Below, one piece after another: positions 1 to 13,293 of a stretch of 64,000 nucleotides of DNA. Every line of letters starts with the position of its first letter. Positions within the stretch are counted from its first letter, which is position 1. The DNA is taken from NCBI GenBank assembly GCA_015680685.1, contig MNCI01000141.1, positions 1 to 64,000 on the forward strand, given 5' to 3'. The stretch comes from Gnetum montanum (taxonomy: Eukaryota; Plantae; Gnetophyta). A program made the translations under genes and the position numbers. Below the pieces are notes generated by a model. The model was given only the letters and a program-made list of their open reading frames with translations. It searched no databases and was not told the origin of the DNA.

Positions 1-53
1 TTGCTCATTGCCATCCTTGCCATAGAAGTGGCCCTTAATTTTTTTCCCTCCAT
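1..53 (-). CDS. Possible 5' end of a host gene running off the left edge (MEGKKLRATSMARMAMS...)
   Basis: ATG at 53 opens a frame with three more in-frame ATGs to the window edge. The upstream region (54-500) keeps CpGs, unlike the neighbouring TEs. Too short to assign a product. Confidence 0.2.
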   Translation of the reverse strand, partial: MEGKKLRATSMARMAMS

Positions 54-504
54 GTTTGCTGCTTCACATTCAATTTGCTACAGACATGCATGTAATTCAT
101 GACAAACCTGCATTTAATTTAATTCATGACAGATGCAGTAGTTGAGAATAAAGATCCTTTCATATCTTTCAAACCATAAAATTAAAAATAAAAGCAAAGG
201 AAATGAAACGTGTTAAAAATGTTTTGCCCAGCAAGTGACGGTTACTATTCATGGGTGATGGCATTTTGAAACAAGATCCTGTTTTTGCGAAAAACGTGAA
301 ACTTTAAGAATTCGTTGCCATGGGCAAAGACGGAGTTTAACCACAATTTTTACCAACACTGAAAACTCTATTACCACTTCAATGTTTTTTCACCCTGAAG
401 CTAAGTACAAACCCTCTGGCATTCTATGCACAATTCCATGTGTCATCTCCACACTTCCCTGTGTCAACCGCACACTTCTAGTAATTATTTCCCATTGATT
501 TTCT

Positions 505-690
505 GTATACCTACACCTTTCACCATACCATCCTAAGTTAGAATGCATTTTTGGCAAGGTAATCTTCACCTAAATACACCTTTCACTCACCATGGTGAGT
601 ATATTTCTAGCAAGATAATCTTCTACCTACTTACACCTTTTACCATACCGTTAATCTGAAATATACTTCTGATAAAATAATTTTTTTTAG
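505..690. repeat. Three degenerate ~60-bp tandem units (TACACCTTT...CAAGRTAATCTT)
   Basis: TACACCTTT cores at ~513, ~575 and ~632, each followed by a similar tail. Confidence 0.6.
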
Positions 691-703
691 GAAAAATTAT
701 ATA

Positions 704-1013
704 TATAATAACAAACGCTATAGACAATATAAATCAAAACAATAACACACAGAATTTACGTGGAAAACCTCAAATTGGGAAAAAACCATGGGCAAAGACG
801 GAGAGAAATTCACTAGATCAAAGATGAGTACAAAGGAGAGTGTTTAGGGAGACTACCAAAACATTACATCAAGCCCTAACTGAAAACAACATCATATACA
901 ATAAACCCTAGGCCTAATATGAAAAATAAAAATGGGCCAAACAAAACAAGTCCATATCGAGGGGGCTTTGGGCTGGACCAAAAGTACAATTTGCACCTAA
1001 CTGTATTCAAACA
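704..1013 (-). repeat. 3' LTR (~310 bp) of the copia element; PPT at 1014-1028
   Basis: Minus strand reads GTCAAGGTAGAGAT|TGTT (PPT then TG). The left end is degenerate, so 704 is approximate. Confidence 0.7.
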
Positions 1014-3187
1014 ATCTCTACCTTGACACAAATTCTCTTACAAGGAACAAATCTCCAATCTTCAACGAAAGGTCTCCACCTCTTTCACAAAAGCTCCTAA
1101 GGGCAAAACTCAACTAGAAACACAACCAAGTGCAAGCAATGCTGAAACTTGGCAACAAAAAGTGATTTGATCATCATATTAGAAGAGTTATCATGGATAC
1201 TAACTTTGCTCACAACAATATCACCACGAGCAATGATATCACGTACAAAATGATACCACACATCAATGTGCTTTGTCCTTTCATGAAACATATGATCTTT
1301 TGTGAGGAAAAGAGCACTTTGACTATCATAATAAATTATGGTAATTTACAAATCTTTACTAAGTTCACCAAATAGTCCTTTCAACCAAATGGCTTCTTTA
1401 AAAGCCTCAATAATAGCCATATACTCAACCTCAATAGTAGACAATGCAACTGTAGTTTGCAGAGTAGCTTTCCAACTAATAGCATAACCATCAATGGTGA
1501 AAACATACCTTGTAAGTGATCTTCTCTTATCAAGATATCTAACAAAATCATAATCAACATAGCCAATGACCCCGTCTCTAGTCGTTCCAAAATGCAAACA
1601 AACATTAGTAGAGTCACGTAAGTATCTGAAAATCCATTGAATTTCTTTCCAATGCTCTTTACCTAGATTAGCTAGGTATCTACTGACTACACTAATTGCA
1701 TGTGATAAATCTGGATGCGAACAAAACATAGCATACATTAGGGAGCTCACTACACTAGAGTATGGAACTCATGACATATAATCAACCTCATCATCTAATT
1801 GTGGAGATAAAAGTAGATGAAAGTTTGAAATATGCAATTAATGGAGTACTAATAGGTTTGGCATTTTATATATTGAATCTGTAAGGAACTTTCTTATGTA
1901 CCCTTTTTGACTTAGGTACAATTTACCTACCTTTCTATCTCTCAGAATCTCCATGCCAAGCATCTCCTTTGCTGTCCCCAAGTCTTTCATCTCAAATTAC
2001 TTACTAAGTTGGACCTTAACATCTCTTATCTTCCCTTTATCCTTAGCTGCTATCAACATGTCATCAACATATAAGAGTAGGTATACAAATGACCCATCTT
2101 TAATCTTCTTGAAATAAACACAACTATCATAACTACTTCTTTTGACATCATGAGTGATCATAAATGAGTCAAACATCTTATACCATTATTTGGGTAATTT
2201 TTTCAGGCCATAAAGATACTTTTTCAGTAAGCACACATAGTCTTCTTTTCTTGAAACTATAAAGCCATTTGGTTGTTGCATGTAGATATTCTCCTTGAAT
2301 TCTCCATGCAAGAAAGCTATCTTCACATCCAATTGTTCAAGCTCAAAATCAAGCATGGCCATAATACCAAGCAAAGCTTGAACCGAACTATGCTTTACAA
2401 CTGGAGAAAACACATATGTGAAGTCAACACCTAGAACCTGACTATAACCTTTTGTAATTAGCCTCACCATATACCTTGCTTCTTCAACTCCTAGTGTGCC
2501 TTCTTTCCTTTTAAACACCCATTTGTAATGAACAACTTTCTTATACTTAGGTAATTTCACCAAGTGTCATGTGTCATTCTTATGAAGCGATTCTATCTCC
2601 TCTTACATGGTAATCATCCATCTCCTAGAGTTATCACAACTAACTACCTCTAAATAGGTGGAATGCTCTACACTGGAAATCATACCTTCAGGCACATTTA
2701 GAGCATAACCTACTAGGTCAACTTTAGCATATCTCTGTGTAGGTCTAACATCTCTTCTAGGTTTGTCTTTAGCAATAGAATACTGTGGTGGTGATAGTGG
2801 TGATGATGAAATAGTACCACCCTACATCTCTGAGCTAGGGAGAGATGTAGACTTTGGTGTAGATTCTGACCCAATCAAACACTCCACTTGTATGTTTTAT
2901 TTTTGTTGATTTAAATCACAAGAATCTTTAGAAGACAGGTCATGAAGCATAGCAGTTTCATCAAAAATAACATGTCTACTAATTATGACTTGACTGGTTT
3001 TTGGACACCATAGCTTATATCCTTTAACACTAGACTTATAACCAAGAAAGATATACTTTCTAGATCTAGGTTCTACCTTTCCATTATCAACATGAGCATA
3101 TGCAATACATCCAAATATCTTCAAATTAGAATAATTAATAGGAGCACCAGATCATACTTCTTCTGGAGTCTTTTTGTCAATGGCAGT

Positions 3188-4078
3188 TGATGAGCGACAA
3201 GGTACCTCTACGCCCAACCATATGAATCACAAGCGTTCACACACTATCTAGTCAAATTCCATGGATGGGACAAGTTGTGGCATCTAGATTGTTAAGCTTT
3301 GATTGTAGTTCGCTATCTTCCCACTTGGACTAGTGGTAGCTTTGTCACGTATGGTTTAGTCCAAAGTGAGATGTATGATGTTGTCTAATTCTACTTTGCT
3401 CCTAATGACAATAGAGGGGTAAATTGATTAAGCTAATGAACAATGGAAAGTAAAATCTAACTAGCCTATGTGCAATGAATATCCACCCTTAATCGTCCAT
3501 ATATGTCTTGGACATCATGAAACTACTTCTAGGATTTCCAAGCATATGTCACTGGGTGTGCTAAACAATACACTACTAGATTACCAAGTACTTACACTTA
3601 AACACTCGTGATTAAGGTGTACGCTTTCTGCTTAATAATAGGAATAGTAAATAGTGATAAATGGAAATGCTTAACTAAGGAAAATAGTAAATAATTAACA
3701 ATTAAAAGTAATAATAATCTATGTGGATGCTGCAATGTTGGAAGTAATCTCAATCTTTATTGTCAATCATGTAATGTGTCCAAGTATGTCACACTCGAAC
3801 AAAGGTGTTGTACAATTACAAACATCACATTGCAGCCATGCACTAGGAAAATAAAAGGACTGAAAGAAAGACTATTAGAAATTGAAAACTAAAACTAAAA
3901 CTCTACTTCTTATTCCCCCTTCTTGAACCAGGCATCCAAGTGCTATATTTATAGGCTAACCTAGAGTAGAAGACATCAGATATCTGACATTGCTTCCAAG
4001 CTTCGACATCGGTTTCTTGATGTTGGGGCTTTGATATCACGTATCTGACATCAAGGCCTGATAACTGATGACTCATCA
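3188..4078 (-). mobile_element. Athila-like solo LTR (891 bp) inserted in the copia integrase
   Basis: TGATGAG...CTCATCA termini. Its reverse complement matches the LTR ends at 18397/31264/40408. Degenerate TSD GCAGT/ATAGT. Removing it restores LINRSSST-AIDKKTPEEV. Confidence 0.92.
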
Positions 4079-4449
4079 ATAGTTGAGGAAGAGCGGTTAA
4101 TAAGAAAACAAGCTATAGTAGCAACTTTGGCCCAAAATAACTTAGGTAAACCACAATTGGAGAGCATACAATGTACTTTGTCCATCAAAGTCCTGTTCAT
4201 TCACTCTGCCACATAGTTTTGCTACAAAGTACTAGGAATTGTCAAGTGCTGTAAAATTCCTTCTATCTTGCAAAAAGCATTGAACTCATCAGAATAAAAC
4301 TCCAAGCCATTATCAGTGCAAAAACACTTTATCTGCTACCCTATCTTCTCCTCAATCATAGTCTTCAACTACTTGAATGTAGCAAATACATCACTCTTTT
4401 GCTTTAAGAAGAACACCAATTTTTTTTTGGTGAAGTCATCAATGATAGT

Positions 4450-7400
4450 TGATAAATCAAAATTTGATGGACTACAATATTGTAGCCAATATTGTAGCAT
4501 CAACTATGTTATTATATATGTGATATCACATTATGCATGCTAGCCTATAAATACAACACTTAGGCACATGGATTCTCATAAGTTTTCATTTCATAGTAGC
4601 GTACTTGTAGTTTGTTTTTGTGAGTTAGCCTTTAGCACATAAAAATGTAAATATTCGCAGTGTAGTATGACATAGTGCATAGAGTTTTTATTTCAGCATT
4701 TGTACTTGGGCACAAGTGTGATTGCTAATAAAGATCGAGTTATTTCATACTATTGTAGCATTCTCCTACTTGACTGTTTCACTTAGAATAATGTTTACTA
4801 TTTTCTTAGTTAATGTTTATATTTCCATGCACTTTACCATTATTTTTGTCAAGCAAGATGAGCACGATTGATGTTAAGCACTTAAGTGTTATTACTTGAT
4901 AATCTAGAAGTACTATCACTTGCTTTGCCCAGTAGTGAAGTACTTGGTAATCCCAATAGTAGTTACACGAAGCCTCATGTGTGTACAAAAGGTTAGGATT
5001 GGATACTCATTACCGTAGGATAGAATATATTTGTTTATTTTTTTATTTAGACTTAGACTTAGAAACTCTTTTCACTTCAATATGTTCATTAGGAGCCAGA
5101 TGGCCAAACAACATGAACATATCATATACCTCATTGTGAGCTAAACCATACACATAGAGTTCACTAGCTCCATGTGGGAATACAATAGTCTCAAACTTAA
5201 ACCAATTACTAGCATAATCACATTGCCTCATCCACAGATTGTGATCTGGTCACATGTGAAACACTTGTGACTTATATGGTTAGGTGTTGGATTGCTCCAC
5301 TGCTCATCATTGACATCGTTGCTAGGGACTAGTTAATGTATGTTGAGTAATTAATTTTAGAAGGTCCATTGTATCAAGAACTCAAAGTTAAAATCCGTAA
5401 ATTTTTAATAACTCTAAAAATAAGCACATTTAAATAAACATCTTAAACCACAACATGGCTTCAAACAAGGATACATCATCATCTACCAAAGAGACAAGAA
5501 GGGGTAATGAAAAAAATCAATGGTGAAGAATTATGGGGGATGCCAATGCAAACAAGAATCACCTATGTTCACATTGATCCTTATCATCTAGATTTTAATT
5601 TCATCTTCCATTAGAAGAAACAAATGAGGTTGAGAGACATGCAAGACAATGTAGTCTTACCTCTAGAAGGTGCAGCACTTAACATGCTTCAAACTACCTT
5701 AAGGGGAATGCATTTGGACCAAATTTAGGAAGGGTACCATGTGACTTATCACATGAAAAGACCCTATGAATACACAAAGGAGAAAATGAGGAGAGATGCC
5801 ACTACGAAAATCAAATATATACACAACAAAGGAAAATAGGTGAACACTTTTGTTATCTTGGAGGAACTTGATGCTGATGCATTTGTTACAAAAAAAATTT
5901 AATAGAATCATGAAGAGCCTTCAAAAACACCTATGATTAGACCTAAGGAACTTGTCAAAGTTCAATTACATTCCACCTTGGTAGAGACACCTCAGAGGAG
6001 GGCTACTGACTCAAGGCATAAGCAAGACTTAAGGATGAGATTTTTTGCTACCTCCTACAAAGAAGAATACTAGAGTCATGAAAGGAGGACAAGCCAACAC
6101 CGTTCTCCTACTACCTCATCCTCGTCCTCACAATCGTCAGTGGAATTTGATAGGAGGAGGCTAAGGCATGTAGACCATGATAGGAAGGAGAGAAGAACTC
6201 ATGACCATCATGACTATCCCTCAAGATATTTAGATGAGGAAGATGAAGGTTATGAGTAAAGAAGATGAACGGATCAAAGAGATGACTGCGAAAGGTATGA
6301 GCATAGAAGGGGATATCACTACAATAGAGCACATGAACCAGACCATGATGATAAACCCATGATGGCACCCAAAGCATGATTAACATCCAAGAAGCTATTT
6401 ACATTTTGACTAGGTACGTGAGGGATAGAAGTATCAAACGAATTGATATGAATAACATGCTAAGATTTGAGGGTGGTTATAATGCTGATCCACAACAACA
6501 CCTCCAAGATTTCCATTGTGCTTGTGCTCTATAGAACATCAAAAGTGACTAGCAGAAGTTGAAGTTATTCCAAAGAACTCTTGTGAAAGAAGGAAAGAGC
6601 TAGTACCGATCACTCAAATCTAAATCAATTAGAAGATGAAGTACCATGCTAGAGATCTTCAATGATAAGTATCAAACCTACTCATGGGTGTTTAACTTAA
6701 GGAAACAAATCCAAGGTTGGAAGCAAGGAACTCATGAAACCCTTGATGCAACAATGGAAAAATACTATTCACTACTACACAGATGCCGAGGTCATGGATT
6801 CTCACAATGGGAGCAACTATGACATATTGTAGATGGGTTATGAACACATTTTCAATGTATGGGCTCAATTTCAAGCAAGCACTAGATCGGTTGGAGCAGG
6901 TACCCAAGAGATGTGTTAAAACCAATCTTAAGCTCAACTAGCAGAAAAGCCATCTCATGGTCCATGAAGGCATAGTGTTGGGACATAAAATCTTCTAGAA
7001 AGGTATAGAGGTAGATCCTGAAAAGATTAGAGTCATACAGGAATGTCACTCAAAGGCCATAGACAATAAAATATGTGAGATCATTCTAAGGCCACATGGG
7101 ATATTATAGAATATTTATAGAAAATTTTTCAAAGATAGAAAATTTGCTCATGGAACTCATGAAGAAGGATTCATCCTTCGAATGGATAGAGTCATGCGAA
7201 GAGGCATTTGAAGCCCTAAAAAAAAACTATTGGAGACACCAATCCTTCAAGCCTTGGATTGGTCAAGACCTTTTCACATCATGATTGATGCTTCCAACTA
7301 TGCACTTGGTGTGATATTCACATAATTAGATGATCAAAAGAGACCTTACTATATACACTATGCTAGTCAAAGCATCATTAGAGCACAATTAAACTACACC

Positions 7401-7690
7401 ACAATAGAAAAGGAACTGATGGACAAGGTGTATGTGCATGCAAAGTTTAAACATTATGTGCTTGGGTATTAGATCTATGTTCATATCGATCATAATGTCA
7501 TATGATTTCTTATGAATAAACTAGCGATCAGTCCAAGAGAGATAGGATGACTCATTATCTTATAAAAGTTTGACATAACAATGATTGAAAAAAAGGGAGC
7601 AGAAAATGTGGTAACTGATCATCTATTAAGACTAAAATGGGATCTTGAAGATCAAGCAGGAACCTTTATTAGACCATTTCCCTGATGAAG
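4450..7690 (+). mobile_element. Athila-like element A: 5'LTR 4450-5309, PBS 5310-5328, gag, then an internally deleted RT/RNase H; 3' truncated
   Basis: TGATAAATC...CTCATCA followed by TTGACATCGTTGCTAGGGA (decayed TGGCGCCGTTGCCGGGGA, tRNA-Asp PBS). Gag homologous to C and D. RT/RH motifs GYYRIFIENFSKI, DASNYALG, ENVVTDHL. Confidence 0.88.
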
Positions 7691-9145
7691 GTCGGTTTAC
7701 CAAAATACTACAAGCTGTTGTTGGTGACCTTTTGGGACTGCCAATGTTGGGGTCTCCAATCTTGTGACTTTGAGTTCCTAAGATGTCAAGGTGCTCTTCA
7801 AATAGGTTTTAGGTGCTTATTGGTCTTTGGCAACACCAAGGCCCAGATACCTCCAAATAGACTTAGTGGTTATGTGAGTATGTGTTTGTTGTTGTAAATG
7901 TTGAAATCGGCAGCTTGTGTATAAAATTGTAATTGGCTATCATAAAAAAAATTTAGCTAACTTTGTCAAATACTGTGAGTTGTTGAAGGTTCCTATTTTG
8001 TTAATTCACTTAGTCTATATAGTCCCTATAGTACGTTACTTTTGACAAATAAAATTTTACAAAAACATTTGAGCACAATTTTGTCAATATACTCCTAATT
8101 TTCCTCAAAGAGAAAGTTCCACAAGAAAACTAGAAATAGAGTGAGATATAATGGACTTATAAAGAGAACAAAAAAAAGTAGATTTGTATAAATCTCAAAA
8201 ATTGAAGTAAGATAAATTGACATGATGAAACACTTCACAATAAAGCTATTCCAATTTAATCTAACAACGATTTGTCCAAACCCTCTAAGCTCAACAAGTA
8301 ATTTTGTAAAAGACAATCTTATTACACTACTAAAAATGTTGCATCAACAACAAAGTACGAGCTTCTATTTTGGTTAGTTAATAGTTGTCAAGAATTGCAT
8401 TCAACAGAGCTTTTAAAAACTTTGACAATCTTAGATCGAAATACCAAGGTAATACACTTTAAGACAATGAAGCTATTTCAATCATCTCAAAATATCAAAG
8501 ATTCTCCTAGATTCCTTATCCTCAAAATAGGAAATTTCCTTAAGACATTACTAGTAAATTTCTCTAGAGGCTTTTCATCATCATAAGCTTTGTTATGGCA
8601 AACTTTAATAGAAGTCTAATGTTGTGCAAAAATAGAGCTATAAAAGCAACCTACAAAAATTCCCAAAATTAAATGCTAAGCATGACACTATCTAAACTAT
8701 TAGCTAAGGAATTAAAGCAAAATGGGAAGAAATGAACTCATAGGATTAAAACAAAGTAGTTGAATTGATATCTGTAGCAAGCCATGTTTTACAAGAAATC
8801 TTCAGTATCCTTCAAAGTTGCTTCTTCCCAATTCTCCTTTTAAAATCCACCCATGAAGCCCTTTTTATAGTGGCTTTTGGGTGGTTACAATCATCATGAA
8901 AAATTAAGGATAGTTACAAACATTATGGTAATTAGTTGTAATTACCATAGAGAAACATACTATAATTACAAAGTGTTCAATTTGGTAGTTACAACCACCA
9001 TGGTGGTTAATTATAACTACCGTAATTGACAAGTGTCCAATTCATATTGGACTTTGAACAAGTGTCCCATAACTTCCCTTTCTCTCTCTTTTTAAAAAAT
9101 ACTAAGTATGTATATATATATATATATACACACATATATATTACA
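7690..9145 (-). mobile_element. Unclassified LTR-like segment
   Basis: Minus strand starts TGTAA at 9145, where the Tat gag stops abruptly. Has a CTATAAAAAGGG TATA-like box (~8860-8871) and no coding motifs. Far end undefined. Confidence 0.4.
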
Positions 9146-12100
9146 ATTAAATATTCATACTTCTTTGGATTTTGAATAGAAGCAATAGTGGGTATGGCTG
9201 AGAAATGTTAAACCACAAGTAACCAAGGACCTCCACACATTGGATAACCATATGCCCAATCTACCATAAATTGGATGCATTTCCACGGTTGGTGGTGCCT
9301 CCTCGAGAAGTATGCAATGTTAATGCTGAGGTCTAGTGATCGTATGCATTTGTGCCATACACCATTTAGACCAATCTTTCATGATGAACTGATTACATCC
9401 CTTCAAGAGTCCATTAGCCTAGAGTATGCTTCCATACCCATAGCTGTTTTCAAACCAAATGCTGCATCCCTTTTAGAAAACCGCTGTTTTCTAGGTCACA
9501 AGCTTTTCACATCCAAGAAGTAAGCATATTCTATTTACGCCAGTCTTTTGCTGGAGGATGAAGCTCTTGTAGACTTTGCATAAAAATTTTTGAATTATCT
9601 TTTTCAATAGCTGGGCCAATCGTCGTTGCTCATCACACCGCTTAGTTGCTTGCATGTTGCCCATCCTCACCAGTCTGGCCTCGCTGCTGTCATCTTTCCC
9701 GTCACCAGCTCCATCACAACTACACCAAAGTGTACATGTTCACTGCATCCACTACTTCATCACGAGCTGAGTTAGGAGCTCCTGCAAGGTTAAGATGGAG
9801 GAGCATGGAAGAGCACGGTACCTGTCCAAGGGTTTTCCCATTAGAGACATGGCAAAGACATGAATGATTATATACGACCATTGTTGCAGAAGAAGGGACT
9901 TAGATCTAAACGTAACAAGATGTGCGTTGGGATCACCCTCTCTATTGTATTTCATGAAATCGGGAAGTGACATCCCAGGAGGTAACGTTAGCGCAAGGAT
10001 TGCTGGGCTAATGGGATCATCCTGGTAGAAGTCCATGACTTGTACCATATCAGAACCGATAGCCTTGAGGCATTTTATTTTCTCTGTGAGGGTCTAGATA
10101 AGCTAGAACGCTTGATCTAGACCCGAAGATGATGTGGATGGTTGGGGAGCTATAGGGATAGATCCCATCTGTGACATGGCAAAGGCAATGACGTGATCCA
10201 TAGGCGGTGCCATTAGGGCGGCCCCTATGAACGGTGCTGCATGTGATATCCACCACTCGGTAGGTGGTGCTATTGTAGCAACAACCGTTGGTTGTGCTAT
10301 GGGGTAGGTCGCTTGGGCGGCCAGTGGGATAGACCAGAGTCCCATGCTAGGTTGTACAACTTGCAAGACTTGATAGGTTTGTTGGCTAGCATAGTGGGAC
10401 ATCTACGGTGGTTGCAAAGTAGGAGGAGAAGTGAATGGGATCCACCACGTGGATGGGCCTGGCCCCACCGCCAACAGTGGGGCAGGTGTAAACATAGGAA
10501 TGGAGGCAGAAACTGAATGCAACTGCAATGTAGGTATAGTGTGAATGTAGGGAAGGGTAGCCATGATTGGTGCATGATGCGATACATGAATGGACTGGGG
10601 AACGGTTGGCAAAGGAGTTTGCTAGGGGGTAGTGATTGAAAATGAGATAGGGGAGTGGATGTGTTGATATGCTAAGGGCATGGTATGGCTACCTGTTGCC
10701 GGTCGAATTGCAGATTGCGATGACGTGGTTGTGATCATATAGGGGGTGATGGTAGAGAGCGGTTTTGTCCAAAAAGATAGGGTAGGAGGAATGGTGGTAA
10801 GGTTGGTTTGACCCCCACGCTCGGATTGGGAATCTAATTCCTCCTATCCATATTGGAATGCCTCATCATGATGAGATGCTGTGTCTCACGACTCCCTANC
10901 TTGGAATGCCTCATCATGATGAGATGCTGTGTCTCACGACTCCCTATACCTAGTCAATCCCATCAGCTGATCTAAGAGCCACTAATGGGTTTATGTCAAA
11001 GGAATGGAAACATCGGGAGTGGGAATAAATTCCTTCTTGTTGTAGTAGGCGAACTTGAAGCCATGATTTTCTTCAAGTTCTTACGCTTCTAAGGGCAGAT
11101 TTTCCTACACCTTAGTGCAAAGGAAGTTATATTGCTCGTATTGCTGAGCCAAGCCCTTAGGTTGTCGGTTCTGGATCCTGAGGGATCGACATGGCCCCAG
11201 CACTAGGCTAGGTAGCTATTCGGCATCTAAGATGCCTTGAACTGAGAAGGGGACCTCAACATTAGAGGTAGCAACTGTAGTACTTGAGAAAATCATTGTC
11301 GTAAGGCTAAAAAGGGATTGTAAACAAGAAAAACAAGGAGATCAGAAGGTGATTGGAGGTTTTCTATCTTGCAAGATTCCAGAGGAACCGTCGGAGCGAC
11401 CGATCTGCACCACACGACACATAAACAACCATGAAAGGGTTTCATGTTTACGCTAGTGCATGACAAGATACAAAACGCATGCAAGACTACCGTAAAACAT
11501 TGAAAAGGCACTTTAATTCCTCCTTCTAGTGCCATAAAATTGTAGTGATCGAAAATGTTGATGGCTGGAAAACACCAAGAGGTTCTCGATCAGACAATCC
11601 TAACCCTAGATCCGCACAAGGGCCGTGGTAGATAAAATGGAAGTGGGGTGCCCTGAACGGTCTGGTTGATTAGATAGGGACTTAGTCGGTGTCACTAAAA
11701 CTTATGTAAATATTTAATATGGAAACAATGCTTATAGCATAAAATAACAATTATTAAATGCAAGGAAGTGAAAATGATGTAGAATGTGATGATAAGCAGG
11801 AAAATAAAGCAAACTAGAGTTATGAAATGCACCGCTTCAAGATTACAGCTTTACTTTATCAAGATGGATACAATTGGTTGCGCAATCGGTTGTGCAACAT
11901 TGGGAAGCACAGAGATTCCAAAAGTAACCAAGACGTTCAAAGCAAGCCAACTGTGCCCTTCAACATGCACTTAAAAGCCAATAATGTGAAATGCTACAAA
12001 GCCAAATTGTTGATTTTGTTAACAAATTGCTAATTTTTTTTGCCAAACACCAGAATTGCTAACTTTTTGCTTAGCAAGTTTTGCCAAAATTTGTCAAATT

Positions 12101-13293
12101 TTACAACCCTTTGAGCTTCGCTAGTCGGGGTATTTATAGAGCTAGGAGCACATGAGAAATGCAGCCTAGATGCCACATGTTCTGGACCTGCGAGATGTTG
12201 ACATGTCCATGCTGCATGGATATGCAAAGCTTATTGATGAGCCTGTCATGCTGCAATCATGCTATCGGGACTAGAGATGCTGGGATTAGGTGTACCAATG
12301 ATGTAGACAAGGAGTGAAGTATACTAATGTAGCATAGCTGCCTGCTACGTTGTGGAGCATAGCATGTTGGCGTAGCATACCTGCTTGCTATGCTGTGCTA
12401 CGCTATGTAGCGTAGCATAGTGTAGCCACCAGTTCTAAGAATAAATTTGCATTGGAGTTAATTGCATGTGCTAGAATCCTTTGAAGTGTTTTGGCTGGCT
12501 CTGCATGTTTGCTATGCTATGCTACGCTATGTAGCATACCATACTGTAGCATTTGACTTTAACTATGATTTGCATTTAAGATGTAAACATTTGTTTCAAG
12601 ATCATGCTAACAATCTGCAACCTTTGCTCTTTATGACGTGAAGCTTTTGAACTTGCTAATCCTCCATTTCGAGACGCATTNTGACGTGAAGCTTTTGAAC
12701 TTGCTAATCCTCCATTTCGAGACGCATTTTGTCATTCTTGCAACATTGCTATGTTGTGCTGTGCTATGTAGCATAGCATAGCGTAGCAGCCAACATAGCT
12801 TACTTTTTGCTTAATCTACCACTTTTCTAGTAAGAGGAGCTTTTCTGAAGGACTTGAAGTTAAACAAGACAACTGGTTTTGAAGGCTGGAGTGCTTGCTA
12901 AGTGCAGTTGGAATCACTAGGCAAGCTGGACCTTTTTGTTTTTCCTTTGCTACACTGTGTAGCATAGCATAGAGAAACACTTTGTCTTGCAACAGTTTGG
13001 TCGCTTGAGCAACTATCTTCTGAGGCCTGCTATGCTACGCAGCGTAGCGTAGCATAGCAAACTTCTTGACTAGAAAACCTACCAAACTGTTTTGTTGATC
13101 TTGAGCATCGTCAACAACCCTTAGCATGCTTTCTCAATAAACTGTCAGCCGGTTAAATTTTCCCTGCTAGACAGTTTAAACTCAGAGCATCCATTTCCTA
13201 TCAAATAGTCATGAGGCTCCACTTGTGGGAATGTTTGCCTCATTTCCAAGACTCTGGTGAAGCAAGAATGCCTTGAAAATTTAGGGTGTTTCA
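9146..13293 (-). mobile_element. Tat-like Ty3/gypsy element F, 5' part: LTR 11541-13293, tRNA-Asn PBS 11519-11534, decayed gag ~9146-11064
   Basis: Minus-strand LTR TGAAACACC...GATCACTACA followed by TGGCACTAGAAGGAGG, complementary to the plant tRNA-Asn 3' end. Gag motif LPDFMKYNREGDPNAHLVTF. Same terminal sequences as element E. Confidence 0.87.

Larger units (their letters stand above)
704..4449 (-). mobile_element. Ty1/copia LTR retrotransposon (Tork/Tnt1-like), decayed 3' part: integrase-RT-RNase H-PPT-3'LTR; interrupted at 3188 and cut at 4450 by Athila-like insertions
   Basis: Minus-strand motifs: RTKHIDV and TTVALSTIEVEY (RNase H), KWVFKRK and LDVKIAFLHG (RT), KYIFLGY..GYKLW (integrase SH3-like), TDNGLEF (integrase core). 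Copia domain order. Confidence 0.93.

Noticed and set aside
10853-10946. ~46-bp perfect duplication
   Set aside because: The copies flank a single N (10899), which is a typical contig-overlap artefact.
12634-12728. ~47-bp perfect duplication
   Set aside because: Flanks a single N (12681); same artefact.
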